A stretch of 64,000 nt of DNA from the human T2T-CHM13v2.0 reference genome, Homo sapiens, in the NCBI RefSeq assembly GCF_009914755.1, contig NC_060928.1; one strand, given 5' to 3'. Positions 62,120-64,000 of this stretch are shown in pieces; within the stretch, counting starts at the first letter, position 1; every line of letters begins with the position of its first letter. The notes under the pieces were generated by a model that was not told the origin of the DNA, did not search any database, and was given only the letters and a program-made list of their open reading frames with translations. Both the position numbers and the translations under genes were made by a program.

Positions 62120-62640
62120 TATCAATATCGGGATCCTACTAGAAAACAGAAAATGTTCTAGGTCTTTCAAACAGTGAGGATGTAATAAAGGGGATTGGTT
62201 AGATGTTGGAAGGCTGAAAGAACAGAAAGGTGATGCTGGATTAGTATTAGAAACTGTGAGAACTGCATGAAACAGCTATCATTTCTAAGGTAGGGTGATA
62301 CATCAGGGCAGATGATTTGGTGTGACAGGAGCTGATGCCTGTGATAAGTACCTGTGAGTCTTACCACAAGTGGTGCTGGGTGTACCCAAGAAGCTGGAGG
62401 CCAGAGATGCAGCGTCTCTTGCTACTGGATGAGGCTGCTACTAACCAGACAGCAGAAGGAGCCCTTTCTCCCCGCCTTCTGCCTTTCACACTCCCTCTAG
62501 TGCCTCCAGTAGTCTAACTACAGCAATCCAAGGCAAGGTGCTCTGGGAAATATGGATTGCAGACTCCAGGCCTGGCATGTCTGGGAAGAAAACAGAAGAG
62601 TAAGCAGAGAATGGCAGACAACAGGTAAATCACTAGCACA
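62120..62640 (-). mobile_element. Old ERVL-class LTR (LTR33/LTR41-like)
   Basis: GATGTAATAAAGGGGATTGGTTA..CTCCCTCTAGTGCCTCCA..CTGGGAAATATGGATTGCAGACTCCAG..CTAGCACA. Confidence 0.5.
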
Positions 62641-62659
62641 GGAGCTGAACTTGTTAGTG

Positions 62660-63240
62660 ATAGCATTTATTTACATTTACTGTACTCTAGATATTTGCCT
62701 GTAAAAATTTATTTAATTTTATAATCCTACAAGGCAGGTACATTATCTGTATTTTACAGATGAGGAAATGAACATAACCAAGGCATCCACAGCTAGTAGT
62801 CAGTTGGAATAAAAATCATGAGTATAAATTTACTCATATATCACATATTCATAGTCCAATATTCCCTTCACTGTGCAAATAAACCCCACATGAATCTCCT
62901 TTTATTATCTTTTCTGAGCTAATGTCATGACATAGATTTTCTTAATAATAGGTCTATGTGAACACAGAATCTTTTTAGATAGCTGGATGCCTTACTTACT
63001 GAACTAAATTATTATATTAATGAAAAGACCGTACCCTGGAGCCAGACTGCGTAAGTATAGAGCGTTTCAGTTCTTACCAGCTGCATGTCTTTGCAAAATT
63101 GCATAACCTCTCTGTGCCTCAATTCCTTCATCTGTAAAATGGGGACAGTAAAAGTACCAATCTCATAAGGTATTTGTGAGGGCTAAGTGTGTTAATACCT
63201 GGAAAGTGCTTAGATGACTTCCTGCACTATATGATAGCCT
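62660..63240. mobile_element. Two MIRs (~62660-62860 on -, ~63030-63240 on +)
   Basis: ATTTTACAGATGAGGAAATGA; AACCTCTCTGTGCCTCAATTCCTTCATCTGTAAAATGGGGA. Confidence 0.75.
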
Positions 63241-63469
63241 TTGTTTATAATAATAATTATTATTAGAATTGGAACAATCTTTAAGGAGAAATGATTCCCC
63301 TCCCCCTATCACATTGTAAACATATACTATCAATTCAGCAAACAAATAATTTATGTTCCTTGATCAGGGGGTTGACCCTCTCTAGCTTTTTGGCCACCAG
63401 AGAGTAACCTACCACCTTTCCCAGCATGGCAAACTTACTTGAACAGTGGCTTAAAATTTCTCTGATCTT

Positions 63470-64000
63470 TGTGTTGACATGGATGTAGTGAAAAGGGAAC
63501 ACGTATATGCCACTGGTAGGAATGTAATTTAGCATAACCTCTGTGGAAAACAGTATAGGGATTTCTCAAAGAGCTGAAAGTGGATCTACCATTCAATTAA
63601 ACAATCCCACTACTGGGTATCTACTCAAAAGAAAAGAAGTCATTATATCAAAAAGATACCTGCGTGTGTATGTTTACTGTAGCACCATTCACAATAGCAA
63701 AGATATGAAATCAACCTAAATGCCTATCAACAGATGAGTGGATAAAGAAAGTGTGGTATATATACACCATGGAATACTACTGCCATGTAAAGAACAAAAT
63801 AACATCTTTTGCAGCAACTTGGATGGAACAGAAGGCCATTATTCCAAGTGAAGCAACTCAGGAATCAAAACTAGATACTGCATGTTCTCACTTATAAGCG
63901 GGAGTTAAGTTATGGGTACATGAAGGCATATAGAGTTGTATAACAGACATTGGAGACTCGGAAGCAGGGGTTGTGGAAGGAAGATGAGGGATAAAAAACT
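63470..64000 (+). mobile_element. L1PB-type ORF2-end/3'UTR, runs off the window
   Basis: CAATCCCACTACTGGGTATCTAC..AAAAGAAGTCATTATATCAAAAAGATACC..GCATGTTCTCACTTATAAG..GGAGACTCGGAAG. Confidence 0.9.

Overview
This is AT-rich, CpG-depleted primate (human-like) intronic or intergenic DNA. I find no credible protein-coding gene, RNA gene, CpG island or CRISPR array. The ORF-track entries are Alu, L1 or LTR read-throughs or chance ORFs. A large part of the window is interspersed repeats: AluJ/AluS/FAM, young and old L1, L2, MIR, MaLR/ERVL/ERV1 LTRs and hAT/Tc2 fossils. The main structure is a nested stack at ~22.3-29.6 kb: an old L1, interrupted by a MER4-family LTR, interrupted by a complete ~5 kb MER61-type non-autonomous provirus (two LTRs, AGAG TSD, tRNA-Lys PBS, PPT). 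The most unusual signal is a set of locally templated sequence copies. There are three 120-190 bp non-tandem duplications about 0.9-1.2 kb apart, several snap-back hairpin insertions, and two twin-primed L1 insertions, one only ~49 bp. A few repeat-free blocks look like enhancers or non-coding exons. Repeat subfamily names come from recalled consensus motifs, not a database search, and boundaries of old repeats are approximate.
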